Shown here one piece after another: positions 11,295 to 21,140 of a stretch of DNA of 64,000 nt. The DNA lies in the NCBI GenBank assembly GCA_037137755.1, contig JBAXJR010000002.1, forward strand, positions 118,951-182,950, written 5' to 3'. The notes beneath the pieces are model-generated. The model made no database searches, was not told where the DNA came from, and worked only from the letters and a program-made list of their open reading frames with translations. Numbering within the stretch: the stretch's first letter is position 1; each line of letters begins with the position of its first letter. Source of the stretch: Methanomicrobiales archaeon. GTDB lineage: Archaea; Halobacteriota; Methanomicrobia; Methanomicrobiales; Methanospirillaceae. The translations under genes were made by a program, and so were the position numbers.

Positions 11295-14200
11295 CTACCC
11301 CCCTACCTTGCGGAACATATCGTTTGGTACCCTGATTTCGAACCTGGCCCCTTTTCCCGGTTCGCCGTCCTCGCGGATCATAATGCCGGTAATCATGAGG
11401 ATCTGTTGTGAAAGGGCCAGGCCAAGCCCGCTTGTCTGCCCGAAACCACGTTCAAATATCCTCTCCTTGTCCTGTACAGGGACGCCCACACCGTTGTCCT
11501 CGCATAGGATGAAAAGATCATCGCCACGGTGTTCAGCGGAAAACCTTATGGTTGTAATCGTTCGACCGTACCGGACTGCATTGTCCATCAGGTTGTAAAA
11601 GACCCTGACGATCAGTGGATCTGCGAATATTTCTGTTCCGGCAGGAAGATCGTTTTCCAGTCTGACCTGTGCGAGCGGGGCTTCGGTCGCTGCAGTCGTA
11701 ACGATGCCGCGGATTTCCTGCCAGACCGGTGCCTCAACCCCGATCTCTTCGTACTCCCTGGCGAACCGGATCATGGAAGAGATCCGCCCTGCAGCGGCGA
11801 TTGCATTCGTAACATACCCGTTGGAAGCCTGGTCTGGCAATGTATTGTTCAGCAGTTCGAGGTACCCCCTCAAAACGGTCAGCTGGTTCGTAATGTCATG
11901 CCGCGTGATGCCGGAAAGGAGGCCGAGTTTCTGGTTTGCGAGCCTGAGTGCATCCTCTGCCTGTTTGCGCCCGGTAACATCATGCAGGATACCTTCGACA
12001 CCGAGCACTTCCCCCTGCCGGTTGTAATACAGGTGGCTGCTCGCCGTAACGTAATGAATGGTTCCATTGAAGTCTTTGAGGGTGAGCGGATAGTCGCTGA
12101 CTGCTCCTTTCTCTTTCAGCACTGCAAGGAATTGTTCGCGCTCTCTTGGGTCTGCATAGAGGTCGCGGGCGATATTTTGGCCCATCACCTCGTCAGGAGA
12201 TGCAAAGCCTGCGAGCCTTGCGCCCGAAGGACTTATCATCGTGAGGTTGCCTTCCAGGTCGGTCTGGTAGACAAGGTCCTGCATATTTTCGATGATGGTG
12301 CGGTACCTCGCTTCGCTCTCTACAAGCGCTTCTTCAGCCTGTTTGTGGTCGGTGATATCGGTGAGAACCGTCAGCATTGCCGGTGTATCCCGGTTCCGGA
12401 TCGGTGTCGCCCTGACTACGACCTGCCGTTGTTCACCGGAAGGTGCGAGGATACCGATCTCATAGGGTTCAACCAGGACTCCCTGTTGTCGCAGCCGCAT
12501 GTTCTTTCTGACAAGGTCGTGGTATTCCACACTGGCATAGGAGAGGACCGATGTGCCGATTATCTCCTCCTGTGTTTTGCCCATCAGGCGGGCACCCTCG
12601 GCATTGACAAAGACGATGGTCTCTCCGTCATGGATGAGGACATAGTCAGGAAGTTGCTCTTCGAGTTGCCGGTAGATCGCCTCGCTTTCCTGCAGCGCCT
12701 TTTCCACCATTTTCACATCAGTGATGTCCCTGCCCACTGACTGGTATTCCTTCAGCCTGCCGTCAGCATGAAAGATTGCACGGTCGATCCACCGCTGCCA
12801 CCGTGTGCTGCCGTCCGGCATTCGTACCTGCTGTTCCATGCTCTTTACCGGGTGTTCCGGGGTAAGGGAGGAGAGGAGCTGTGTGACACGTCCACAGTCC
12901 TCCTGAAGTATACCGGGTCTGAACCGGGTGCCGATTATCGCCTCCTTTTCCCTCCCGAAATAATGGCAATACGCCTCGTTAACAAAAATCTGGGTTCCAT
13001 CAGGAAGGAAACGGCTGATAAGCTCGGTCTGGTCTTCCACGACATTCCGGTACCGCTCGACACTCTCCTGTAAACGCTGCTCGGTCTGTTTGATCTCCGT
13101 AATATCGTGGAAGGAAGCCACCATGGCGCCGGGAAGTGTCGGAAATGCCCAGACCGCGAACGCCCCTGATACCTTCTCGTCCTTGTATTCTACCTGTTCG
13201 GTGCGCCAGGGTACCGCTTCCCGGGCGACAGCCCTGTAATGGTCAGGAATACCAGTACCCGCCAGAAGGGGGAAAGCCTCTTCAATTGTCTTTCCAAAAA
13301 GACGGGCATGGGATATCCCAAGGATGGTGCCTGCTGCCGGGTTCGCCCCTGTCAGCACCAGGCGCCCGTCCTCTCCAAGCTCGTAAAAGTGCATGCCAAG
13401 CGGGACGGATTCAACGATGGAGCGGAATTTTATCTCGCTTTCACGGATTGCCTGTTCACCTGCTGTGAGCATATCTAACTGCCCGCGAATCTCTTCATCT
13501 GTTGCTGCAATCTGCTCGTAGGACGCCTGCAGTTCATCATTCTTACGCCGCAGTTCCTCCTCTGCCTGTTTTATCCCGGTAATGTCGGTCGCGATATGGA
13601 TGATACGTTCGAGCCTGCCCGACTCATCGAGAACAGGTGTGCAGGAAACGAGGTAGATCCCCCCGAAGATCTCTATCTCCATCTCCTGCGTTTCGTGTTC
13701 GCAACTCGTCAGCATCCTTTCGAACGGACATGCGTCCGGTGGCTTTATTGAACCAGTCCCGTGAAAGATCTCAAAGCAGGGCTTTCCAATTATTTCTGCT
13801 GGAGTTTTACCGGTCTTTTTAAGAACTGCATTGTTTGCTGCTATCACACGGTGGTCGGGTGAAAGGATGACCGCCGGGCTTCCGGTTGCATGGAATATGG
13901 TCTCCCAGTCTTTTCTTGCACGAATGATCCCCTCCTGTGCCTGCTTCCGCTCCGTAATATCAAGTAACGAGGCAACACTCTGCATCGTGCCCGGGATCAT
14001 CCCTACATGGGCGAGGATATAACGGGTGCTGCCATCTGCAGTAATGAACCGAAACTCGTATACTGTTGGCGCATCAGCTGCATTTTCCCTCCGGCGGCGG
14101 TGATAATTGATCATCCCCTCAAGGTCGTCAGGTGCAACGAAATGAGTCCATTTTACCTTTCCTTCAATGGTATCGCGGGAACTTCCATAGAGTTGTGCGA

Positions 14201-15080
14201 ATGCCTCGTTGGCAAGTGATATGGTGGTATCCTCTTCAATTATTATCGTCGCGGATTCGGTGTACTTGAACAGGGCCCGGTAATACTGTTCTGACTGCCT
14301 GAGTGCTTCCTCTGCCTGCATCCTGGCGGTATTATCAAACAGCACACCGTCAAAAATAAGACGGTCTTTTTCCATTACCGGGCTGGATACCGCACTGAAC
14401 CAGATCTTTTTTCCCGACGGCTTCACATACCTGCCGTCAAACTCCCATGTGGTTTTTGTACTGATGGCGTGGCTGATCGAGTTTAAAAACCGCTCCCTGT
14501 CCCCAACGACAATACCCCTGGTGACCTGGTCAAAAAAAGTGGCCATATCGTTTTCAATACCGAGGACCTGCCGGCTGCGCTCGCTGATGTAATCAAACCC
14601 AGTCGAACCGTCAGGATTGACATAAAACCGGTACACCACACCCGGAATGTTGGTGGCCATGGCGTTGAGCTGCCGTTCACGACCCCGTGCGGCCTCCTCG
14701 GCTTTCCGGCGCCGGATTGCCTGCATTATTTTCTGGGTGAGCTCGGCAAACTGGGCTTTCGGGTCCCCTCCTTTCTGGAGGTAGAAGTCCGCACCCAGTT
14801 CAAATGCCCTGATCGCTATCTCCTCGCGTCCACGACCGGTAAAAAGAATAAAGGGGACGTCCGGGTGGCTACTTCGCACGTCCTTTAAAAATGCGATGCC
14901 ATCTTTTTCCGGCATCTGGTAATCAGAAATAATCGCGTCAAATGGTTCCGCTTCCAGCATTCCAGCTGCATCAATGGCAGAACTCACTGTGGTGACGGAA
15001 AACTCTCCTGTTTTTTCGAGAAAAATCCTGCAGAGATCGAGGAGCGCCGGCTCGTCATCGACATACAAGAGGGAGATCAT
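11295..15080 (-). CDS. Hybrid sensor histidine kinase: REC, multiple PAS, HK
   Basis: REC (YVDDE, SDYQMP), several PAS repeats, H-box TRHDITN, NLMDNA, DNGVG, GFGQTSGLGL. Confidence 0.93.
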   Translation of the reverse strand: MISLLYVDDEPALLDLCRIFLEKTGEFSVTTVSSAIDAAGMLEAEPFDAIISDYQMPEKDGIAFLKDVRSSHPDVPFILFTGRGREEIAIRAFELGADFYLQKGGDPKAQFAELTQKIMQAIRRRKAEEAARGRERQLNAMATNIPGVVYRFYVNPDGSTGFDYISERSRQVLGIENDMATFFDQVTRGIVVGDRERFLNSISHAISTKTTWEFDGRYVKPSGKKIWFSAVSSPVMEKDRLIFDGVLFDNTARMQAEEALRQSEQYYRALFKYTESATIIIEEDTTISLANEAFAQLYGSSRDTIEGKVKWTHFVAPDDLEGMINYHRRRRENAADAPTVYEFRFITADGSTRYILAHVGMIPGTMQSVASLLDITERKQAQEGIIRARKDWETIFHATGSPAVILSPDHRVIAANNAVLKKTGKTPAEIIGKPCFEIFHGTGSIKPPDACPFERMLTSCEHETQEMEIEIFGGIYLVSCTPVLDESGRLERIIHIATDITGIKQAEEELRRKNDELQASYEQIAATDEEIRGQLDMLTAGEQAIRESEIKFRSIVESVPLGMHFYELGEDGRLVLTGANPAAGTILGISHARLFGKTIEEAFPLLAGTGIPDHYRAVAREAVPWRTEQVEYKDEKVSGAFAVWAFPTLPGAMVASFHDITEIKQTEQRLQESVERYRNVVEDQTELISRFLPDGTQIFVNEAYCHYFGREKEAIIGTRFRPGILQEDCGRVTQLLSSLTPEHPVKSMEQQVRMPDGSTRWQRWIDRAIFHADGRLKEYQSVGRDITDVKMVEKALQESEAIYRQLEEQLPDYVLIHDGETIVFVNAEGARLMGKTQEEIIGTSVLSYASVEYHDLVRKNMRLRQQGVLVEPYEIGILAPSGEQRQVVVRATPIRNRDTPAMLTVLTDITDHKQAEEALVESEARYRTIIENMQDLVYQTDLEGNLTMISPSGARLAGFASPDEVMGQNIARDLYADPREREQFLAVLKEKGAVSDYPLTLKDFNGTIHYVTASSHLYYNRQGEVLGVEGILHDVTGRKQAEDALRLANQKLGLLSGITRHDITNQLTVLRGYLELLNNTLPDQASNGYVTNAIAAAGRISSMIRFAREYEEIGVEAPVWQEIRGIVTTAATEAPLAQVRLENDLPAGTEIFADPLIVRVFYNLMDNAVRYGRTITTIRFSAEHRGDDLFILCEDNGVGVPVQDKERIFERGFGQTSGLGLALSQQILMITGIMIREDGEPGKGARFEIRVPNDMFRKVGG

Positions 15081-15232
15081 GATGCTGTTGTTAATGAGGA
15101 AAGGCGAAATATGTTTGTATTTATGTATGCTATCCAGGAATATCAGATCCAGTATCTTCCTGTGATCCGTTACCGGGATAATAAAAAAACCCGGCTGAAA
15201 TTACATAAAAAATGTGGAATCATTCGTAATTT

Positions 15233-15634
15233 CTACGTTACAATGACTGTCGCCTTCATGGTGGGATGAATACTGCAGTGGTACGGGTAGGTGCCGGGAC
15301 TATCGAATTTAAATGAGTAGGATGCACCGTTTTCCAGTGAATTGCTCGTGAATACAGCACCCTGCGCTACCGGTCCCTAGGCATCGCTGACGATGGTGTG
15401 GCTTGCCGAGTCCTTGTTCTCCCATGTTACGGTTGTCCCTCTGGGGATGGTGATAGTCGCGGGGCTGAAGGCAAAGTTCTGTATGGTAACGGTGGGCGTC
15501 CCGGGGATCCCGATTGGTGTTGTTGTAGGTGCTACTGATACCTGGCTGTAACTTGCACATCCGGTTGTCGCGATAAACAGGGCAACGACCGCAACGAGGA
15601 TCACCCAGTTGAAGTATTTTATGGTACGTGGCAT
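15233..15634 (-). pseudogene. Cupredoxin (plastocyanin/amicyanin-like) lipoprotein with an internal in-frame TAG at 15377-15379
   Basis: Lipobox-like TTGC, then FAFSPATITIPRGTTVTWENKDSASHTIV. After the TAG the same frame continues GPVAQGAVFTSNSLENGASYSFKFDSPGTYPYHCSIHPTMKATVIVT*, which carries the type-1 copper C-x2-H-x2-M loop. Confidence 0.85.
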
Positions 15635-15899
15635 TTTCTAATCACTTCAGCATCTCCTCTTAACGGGTGAATATTTAAGAATTTGCAGGACCTGACCATG
15701 GGGGTGAGCTTTCTCCGGCGTCCTCACAGATCCAATTCTATAGTTCTGAAAAATGACCCGCTTGACTATGAAAGTCAGGGGAATGGCGAACAACGTTGTT
15801 GAAATGTTAACACTTGACATCGAAGAGAAGTTGAAGGGAAAACTGGCACCAGTAGCAGAATGATCATCCGTTAGAATGTTAACCATGGACCCGATCCCT

Positions 15900-17213
15900 T
15901 CACCCCTGTTCTTCAACCGGTGGCAGGCGGGAAACCAGCACCTTGTCAATCTTCAACCCGTCCATATCCAACACTTCAAATGAAAACCTGTTCCATTCAA
16001 AACGGTCGCCGGTTTTCGGGATCCGCTGGAGCTGGAGCATGACAAACCCTGCAAGGGTGTGAAACCGGTCTGCCTGTTCGTCAAGCCGGATTTCAACCCC
16101 GATACTTTCCCTGAAATCCTCAACCGTTACAGACCCTTCCATGAGCCAAGACCCGTCCGGACGCACGATAATCTCGGCCTCACGGGGCTCATCATCGGTT
16201 GGAAGATGACCTACGATCGCCTCGAGGATGTCGTGGAGGGTAATAAGCCCCTGGATATTTCCAAGTTCATCCACCACCATTGCGATGTGTAACCCTTCCG
16301 TTCTGAAATAATCGAGGAGTTTGAGCAAATGGATGCTTTCCGGGATAAATAGTGGTGTTGTGATTGCCGATTCGATATCCATTGGCTTCCCTTCCACTAT
16401 CTGGACCCAGAGGTCCCTGATAGCGACGATCCCGAGGAAATTATCGAGTTCATCACGGTAGACCGGGAAAAAAGACCGCCGGCTTTCGACCATGAGGTTC
16501 CAGTTTTTCTCCGGGCTTTCGTTGATGTCAAGTGCGACCATATCAGGACGAAGGACCATGAACCTCCCTGCTTTCTGGTCTGCAAGGTTAAAAATTCCTT
16601 CAACCATGTCAGCTTCTGCTTCCGCGAATACCCCTGCCTCAGCCCCCTGTTCAATAAGGATTTTAATTTCCTCTTCAGTTACCAGTGGTTCAGCGCCTTT
16701 TTTCAGGCGGAACACCCGTAATACCGCTTCGGTTGAATAGCTCAGGAATACTACCACCGGGTACATTGCCAGGGAGAGCAGGCGTACCGGCCTTGCCACT
16801 CTCGAGGCGATCCTCTCCGCATCATTCATTGCAATCCATTTCGGAACGATTTCACCGAACAGCAGGGTAAAATACGTGACCACAAGGACTACCGTCGCAA
16901 GGGCCAGTGCCTCACTATACGGGGCAAGGGGTGGAAACCCCTGTATGATAAGGGTGAGTGATTCGGCGGTGGTGGCGCCACCGAAGGCCCCGATAACAAT
17001 ACTAATAAGCGTGATGCCGATCTGGATCGTGGAGAGAAAATTTGTGGGCTCTTCGGCGAGTGCCAGGGCATCGGCCGCTTCTTTGTCCCCCTGTTCAGCT
17101 TTATGCAAAAGACGTGATTTTTTTGCGGCAACAATAGCAAATTCAGCCATCACAAGGAGGCCATTTATAAGAATCAGGACTGCAATAAGGATAAGCTCGT
17201 AGGTAATGGACAT
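15900..17213 (-). CDS. CNNM/DUF21, CBS-pair and CorC/HlyC family membrane protein (hemolysin-family annotation; probably divalent cation transport)
   Basis: MAEFAIVAAKK, FLSTIQIGIT, FGEIVPK, CBS region (AMVVDELG...ITLHDILEAIVG), C-terminal TLAGFV...IPKTGD. Confidence 0.92.
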   Translation of the reverse strand: MSITYELILIAVLILINGLLVMAEFAIVAAKKSRLLHKAEQGDKEAADALALAEEPTNFLSTIQIGITLISIVIGAFGGATTAESLTLIIQGFPPLAPYSEALALATVVLVVTYFTLLFGEIVPKWIAMNDAERIASRVARPVRLLSLAMYPVVVFLSYSTEAVLRVFRLKKGAEPLVTEEEIKILIEQGAEAGVFAEAEADMVEGIFNLADQKAGRFMVLRPDMVALDINESPEKNWNLMVESRRSFFPVYRDELDNFLGIVAIRDLWVQIVEGKPMDIESAITTPLFIPESIHLLKLLDYFRTEGLHIAMVVDELGNIQGLITLHDILEAIVGHLPTDDEPREAEIIVRPDGSWLMEGSVTVEDFRESIGVEIRLDEQADRFHTLAGFVMLQLQRIPKTGDRFEWNRFSFEVLDMDGLKIDKVLVSRLPPVEEQG

Positions 17214-17526
17214 TTGTCTGTACCTGCTAGTATGTCAGAATCTCAATTATAGGTTTCCTGTAGCGGGAATACAATTGAGATCCGGGTAAGCAGGGGTAGT
17301 ACATTTCCAATTGACCGTTTATGCGGGCCATTCGTGGTAACACAGGACGCCCGGTTGCAATTCAACCTGGTTACGAGGTATAGGCTGATCCCGATTTTAC
17401 CCAGTTTTTAAGGTATACTACGAAGTACCCCTGTTCTGTATTCCTGTCATTAATCTGCAATAACTATGGGATTATTCCGGTCCCCTTCCGCAAAATCTAT
17501 TTTTCCTGCCTTCCTACCTGATTAAC

Positions 17527-18219
17527 ATGTCATTGCAAAAAATGTGTATCATTATCGCACTTCTTGTTGCAGCCCTCGTGTTCTCCGCAGGGTGTACGCA
17601 ACCTACGGTCAAAGATAAGGCGGTAATCCCAGCCACAACGCAAATTGGTACCGCTGTTGCAACACCTGCTGCGACCCAGGCAGGGACCCCATTCATAACC
17701 CCCTCCGCATCACTAGGTACAACTACCTCTACTCCTGCCCCGGTAAAAGACCAACAACGCGTGAAGCTCGAGACGACGATGGGGGACATTACCATTGCCC
17801 TTGATCCGGATATGCCCATCACCGCCGGGAATTTCGAATCACTCGTAAAGAAAGGCTACTATAACGGGGTGGTTTTCCACCGCATCATTAATGGATTTAT
17901 GATCCAGGGCGGCGATCCGACGGGTACCGGTAGGGGCGGCCCGGGGTACAAGATTCCGGATGAGTTCACAAGCCACAACAAGAACGTCCGTGGCGCCATC
18001 GCAATGGCAAATTCAGGTCCTGATACAGGGGGCTCCCAGTTCTTCATCAACCTTGTTGACAACAGCGTCCGGCCCACCTTTGATACCCATTACCCGGTAT
18101 TCGGGAATGTTGTCGACGGAATGGATGTCGTGGATGCGATCGGAAAGGTGCCGACGTCCGGTTCACCAAATGACCGGCCGCTGCAAAATGTAACGATCAT
18201 CCGTGCGGAATTGATCTGA
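17527..18219 (+). CDS. Cyclophilin-type peptidyl-prolyl cis-trans isomerase with lipoprotein signal
   Basis: SAGCT lipobox and a Thr/Pro-rich linker, then FHRIINGFMIQGGDPTGTG and AMANSGPDTGGSQFFIN. Confidence 0.95.
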   Translation: MSLQKMCIIIALLVAALVFSAGCTQPTVKDKAVIPATTQIGTAVATPAATQAGTPFITPSASLGTTTSTPAPVKDQQRVKLETTMGDITIALDPDMPITAGNFESLVKKGYYNGVVFHRIINGFMIQGGDPTGTGRGGPGYKIPDEFTSHNKNVRGAIAMANSGPDTGGSQFFINLVDNSVRPTFDTHYPVFGNVVDGMDVVDAIGKVPTSGSPNDRPLQNVTIIRAELI

Positions 18220-18300
18220 ACGGTAATTTTTTTTGGACGGAAAATTCAGATTTATACCTAATTCAGGCTCTGTCAACAACCTGTATTTCATGAAAATTAA

Positions 18301-18464
18301 ACGGTATTCCATTGATAGGGGGTCGTTTCACCTCCTCATTGCCACGACCCCGGAAAGATGTTATGCGAGCAGGGTTCCCCCGAAGGGGTTTTCGAATATA
18401 TCAGACATCAGAGAGAACAGTCCCTATCCCCACCGGGGTCGCCAAAGCGGCGGGGTTACACCAT
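18301..18464 (-). repeat. Dispersed ~150-bp structured intergenic element, copy A
   Basis: Core CCCTATCCCCACCGGGGTCGCCAAAGCGGCGGGG (18422-18455) and the left-end pattern A-run/CGG/TCCATTG are shared with 35443-35607 and, more loosely, 51292-51435. Confidence 0.7.
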
Positions 18465-18668
18465 TTTCTGCTTTTTCGTTCTTTGCACCAGGACCAGGGC
18501 AACGTTTAACCCGAGCACGATTGCCCAGATGATGACTCCCGTCGCACTTCCCACCACGTAGCTATACATGATGGCGATGATCGAAACCCCAGTCAGGATA
18601 TAATTCAGCCAGCTCATAGAGACCATATCTTTCTGGCCTGGCTTGTAATATAGTATGTTGTTTTTCAC
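18456..18668 (-). CDS. Small two-TM membrane protein, hypothetical (true start may be a downstream ATG)
   Basis: Two hydrophobic segments and a basic C-terminal tail; 4-nt overlap with the upstream ORF. Confidence 0.55.
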   Translation of the reverse strand: MKNNILYYKPGQKDMVSMSWLNYILTGVSIIAIMYSYVVGSATGVIIWAIVLGLNVALVLVQRTKKQKMV

Positions 18669-18892
18669 GGATCAAATGAGCCTCGTTCATTTTTCCCCGC
18701 CTTCAATACTTCAATCGTGGCAAAGACAATCGCTGCCTCGAGCGGGTCATCAAAATATGCAAGTGCCGGGCCTTTTTGTTTCTCCATTAATTGCACCAGT
18801 TCAATCCCGTATTTCATATCCTGATCCGGTACATGGCGGACTATCCCTGACCACCGTTCTGTCAGGCGTTGTATGTCTGTTGCAGTAACCAT
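18665..18892 (-). CDS. Small helical hypothetical protein (resembles the PolB2-operon small protein)
   Basis: 75 aa with an ATG start and the pattern ERW...YG.ELV.L.....FDDPLEAAIV...IEVLK. Confidence 0.65.
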   Translation of the reverse strand: MVTATDIQRLTERWSGIVRHVPDQDMKYGIELVQLMEKQKGPALAYFDDPLEAAIVFATIEVLKAGKNERGSFDP

Positions 18893-19103
18893 TTGTCACG
18901 GAATTTTGATACCATGGTATATGGGATGCTGCCGTGGGTGGGGTGAAAGTGACTTCCTGATCGGTTTTCTCCGGGAAAAACTGGTTCTTCCCTGGTACGA
19001 AAATCACTCGTGCGCCAATTCGTAAACTCTGTTCCGATAAGTCTGTTTTGTTCTAAAAAAAGGAGATCTGGAAATGAGACCCCCGGAACCGCCCGGGAGT
19101 TTT

Positions 19104-20222
19104 TTAGCGTCGTGGTACGAGATACCCTGCGAAACAGAGTATACCCAGTGCCATGACCAGGACGAACGGGTCAGCGGCCGCTTTTTTCGTTGGTGTGGTT
19201 ACCGGGATGGGGGACAATGCTGCGCTGAGCTGGATGTTCTGCCCGGCTATCACCTGTCCGGTTGTAGAATAGGGCGTATATCCCTCCATCTTGATCTCCA
19301 CCGTATATGTTCCAGGCTGGACTTTCTGGAACGAGAGGGGTGTTATACCTACATATGCACCATTCACGTAGACATCCGCCTCACTCGGGGATGAAGAAAT
19401 CTGGGCATTTGCCGTTGCCGGGGCCTGGCTCGCTGGTTGAAGGGCTGCATTCGTCTGCACATTTTTCCCTGCCTGAATCGTCACCGAGGTTGCATAGTCC
19501 TGGTACCCTGACTTTGTCACGGTGACCGTATAACTGCCCGGTGCGAGGTTGACGATATCCAGGGAGTCATCCAGGGGAGTCACTCCCCGGAAGTCCCCGT
19601 TCAGGTAGACTGAGGCACCAGATGGTGTTGAGGAAACCTGGAGGTCACCGGTAACCGGGTTCTTTTCCGGGACGAGAGTTACAGTCACTGGCGTGCTCTG
19701 ACCACTGGTCACGGTAATCGTATTTTCCCAGGTCTCATAGCCTGCCTCATAGATCCCAACTTTATGTGGGCCTGCGGCAAGGTTACCGACAATCTGGTCT
19801 GTTTTCCCCTGGTAAATGTCATCGACATAGAAACCTACACCCCTGGGTGTCGTGGAGAGAGAGATACTACCGGGTGAAGTGACCCGGACAAGGTTCACAT
19901 TTACGTTCTGGGTTGTCCCGGTAGTTACTTTTACTACCGAGGTGGAGGGCTGGTACCCTGGCATAGTAATCATTACGTTATGTACACCAGGCAGGACCGA
20001 TGAAAACGTTCCCGGGGTGAATAACTGGTCCTCTCCACCATCAAGGACCGCAGGTGACCCTGGTGGGGTTGATACAACATAAATGCTGCCTGTGGTAAAC
20101 GAATTTCCTGCCTGCGGGGTACTGGCCGTTGAAGACGCTGTGATCGTAACGTCAGCTGCTGTACACCCGGTTATCGCAAGGGTGAGGATTAGCGCAACTA
20201 TCAGAATTGAATTATGCTTCAT
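19104..20222 (-). CDS. PEGA-domain surface protein with C-terminal membrane anchor
   Basis: Signal peptide, four PEGA repeats (GSIYVVSTPPG, GSISLSTTPRG, GDLQVSSTPSG, ANAQISSSPSE) and a TPTKKA-TM-RR tail. ATG 20222 preferred over TTG 20240. Confidence 0.9.
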   Translation of the reverse strand: MKHNSILIVALILTLAITGCTAADVTITASSTASTPQAGNSFTTGSIYVVSTPPGSPAVLDGGEDQLFTPGTFSSVLPGVHNVMITMPGYQPSTSVVKVTTGTTQNVNVNLVRVTSPGSISLSTTPRGVGFYVDDIYQGKTDQIVGNLAAGPHKVGIYEAGYETWENTITVTSGQSTPVTVTLVPEKNPVTGDLQVSSTPSGASVYLNGDFRGVTPLDDSLDIVNLAPGSYTVTVTKSGYQDYATSVTIQAGKNVQTNAALQPASQAPATANAQISSSPSEADVYVNGAYVGITPLSFQKVQPGTYTVEIKMEGYTPYSTTGQVIAGQNIQLSAALSPIPVTTPTKKAAADPFVLVMALGILCFAGYLVPRR

Positions 20223-20430
20223 GGGAATTACCTGTAACAAGGATCTTTAATCCAGTTTATAAAACCTCCTGTTGATATCAGGTTCACCCCGGTAGTCAGT
20301 AGGCGGTACCCCGTTTATCAGGGTGAAGATCCCGGCTATCCGATTAAATCCGCGAAAAAATACAAAAAAACAGTGTATATCTGAATTTTTTATAGATACA
20401 ATTAAATAAGATTCAATCTACCTTTTTTTT

Positions 20431-20796
20431 ATGGGAAAAATCTTGAATTCCATTATGGGAAAGGGAGAGGAAGAGCGGAATATTGAGGATTATATGACGC
20501 TTGAAGTCCCCGAGGACATGGAAGCAACGAGCACGGCACTATTCGTCAAGATTGCTACGGTGGGAGACATCAAGGACTGTCCCAGGATCAAGGATGAAAT
20601 CTACAACGGGAACCTCGTCGTCATGGATATTGCCCAACTGCGGGCTGACAAAGTTATGTATGAACGTGTTCTCAAGGACATGAAAGAAGTTGCGAAAGAC
20701 GTGAACGGAGATATCATAGGACTTGGAGAACAGAAATACATTATCATTACACCTGCAGGGGTCAAGATCTCCCGGGACAAACTCGGCGGGATGTGA
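20431..20796 (+). CDS. sepF: Cell division protein SepF (archaeal type)
   Basis: VKIATV..IKD...IKDEIYNGNLVVMDI...VNGDIIGLGEQKYIIITPAGVKISR matches the SepF core. Confidence 0.88.
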   Translation: MGKILNSIMGKGEEERNIEDYMTLEVPEDMEATSTALFVKIATVGDIKDCPRIKDEIYNGNLVVMDIAQLRADKVMYERVLKDMKEVAKDVNGDIIGLGEQKYIIITPAGVKISRDKLGGM

Positions 20797-21140
20797 AAAC
20801 CGGGAAATTTCATAATCAACCTGGTTTTACAGGCAAAAATAATACCAATACGCGTTTTATGTAATATTTTTATAGATCTTCGTTCAACAGGAATAATGCC
20901 TGGGTGGCCTTAATTATCCATTGTATGGCCCCCAAATTGCAACGTTATGGGTACCCGGGACGAATACTATCTCTAACGGGAACCCGCTGCCAGTTTTTTG
21001 TGAGACCTTTGACCTCATGGGGGCCTGGATGTGGAACTGCCGAAATTAAGGGGTTTATTCCCGTTACTCCTCATACCTCCGAAATTTTTCGCAGTCAACG
21101 CTATATTGATCAGGTCATCCTCCTATATCTCGTGGTAACC

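Noticed and set aside
8966-12740. Long plus-strand ORFs (333 aa at 8966-9967 and 403 aa at 11529-12740)
   Set aside because: They lie antisense to well-supported kinase genes and show no recognisable motifs, so they are shadow ORFs.
15233-15634. Genome-wide TAG recoding to pyrrolysine
   Set aside because: Only one internal TAG was found, TAG terminates intact genes (11295, 19104, 38997), and the other pseudogene stops are TAA.
18380-18415. Hammerhead ribozyme (minus strand CUGAUG...GAAA)
   Set aside because: The core reads CUGAUGU rather than CUGANGA, and stems I-III cannot be formed.
20904-21140. N-terminal extensions in the ORF track (also 29298-29453 and 23418-23534)
   Set aside because: They run through AT-rich promoter-like DNA, and the signal peptides or family N-termini begin at downstream ATGs.
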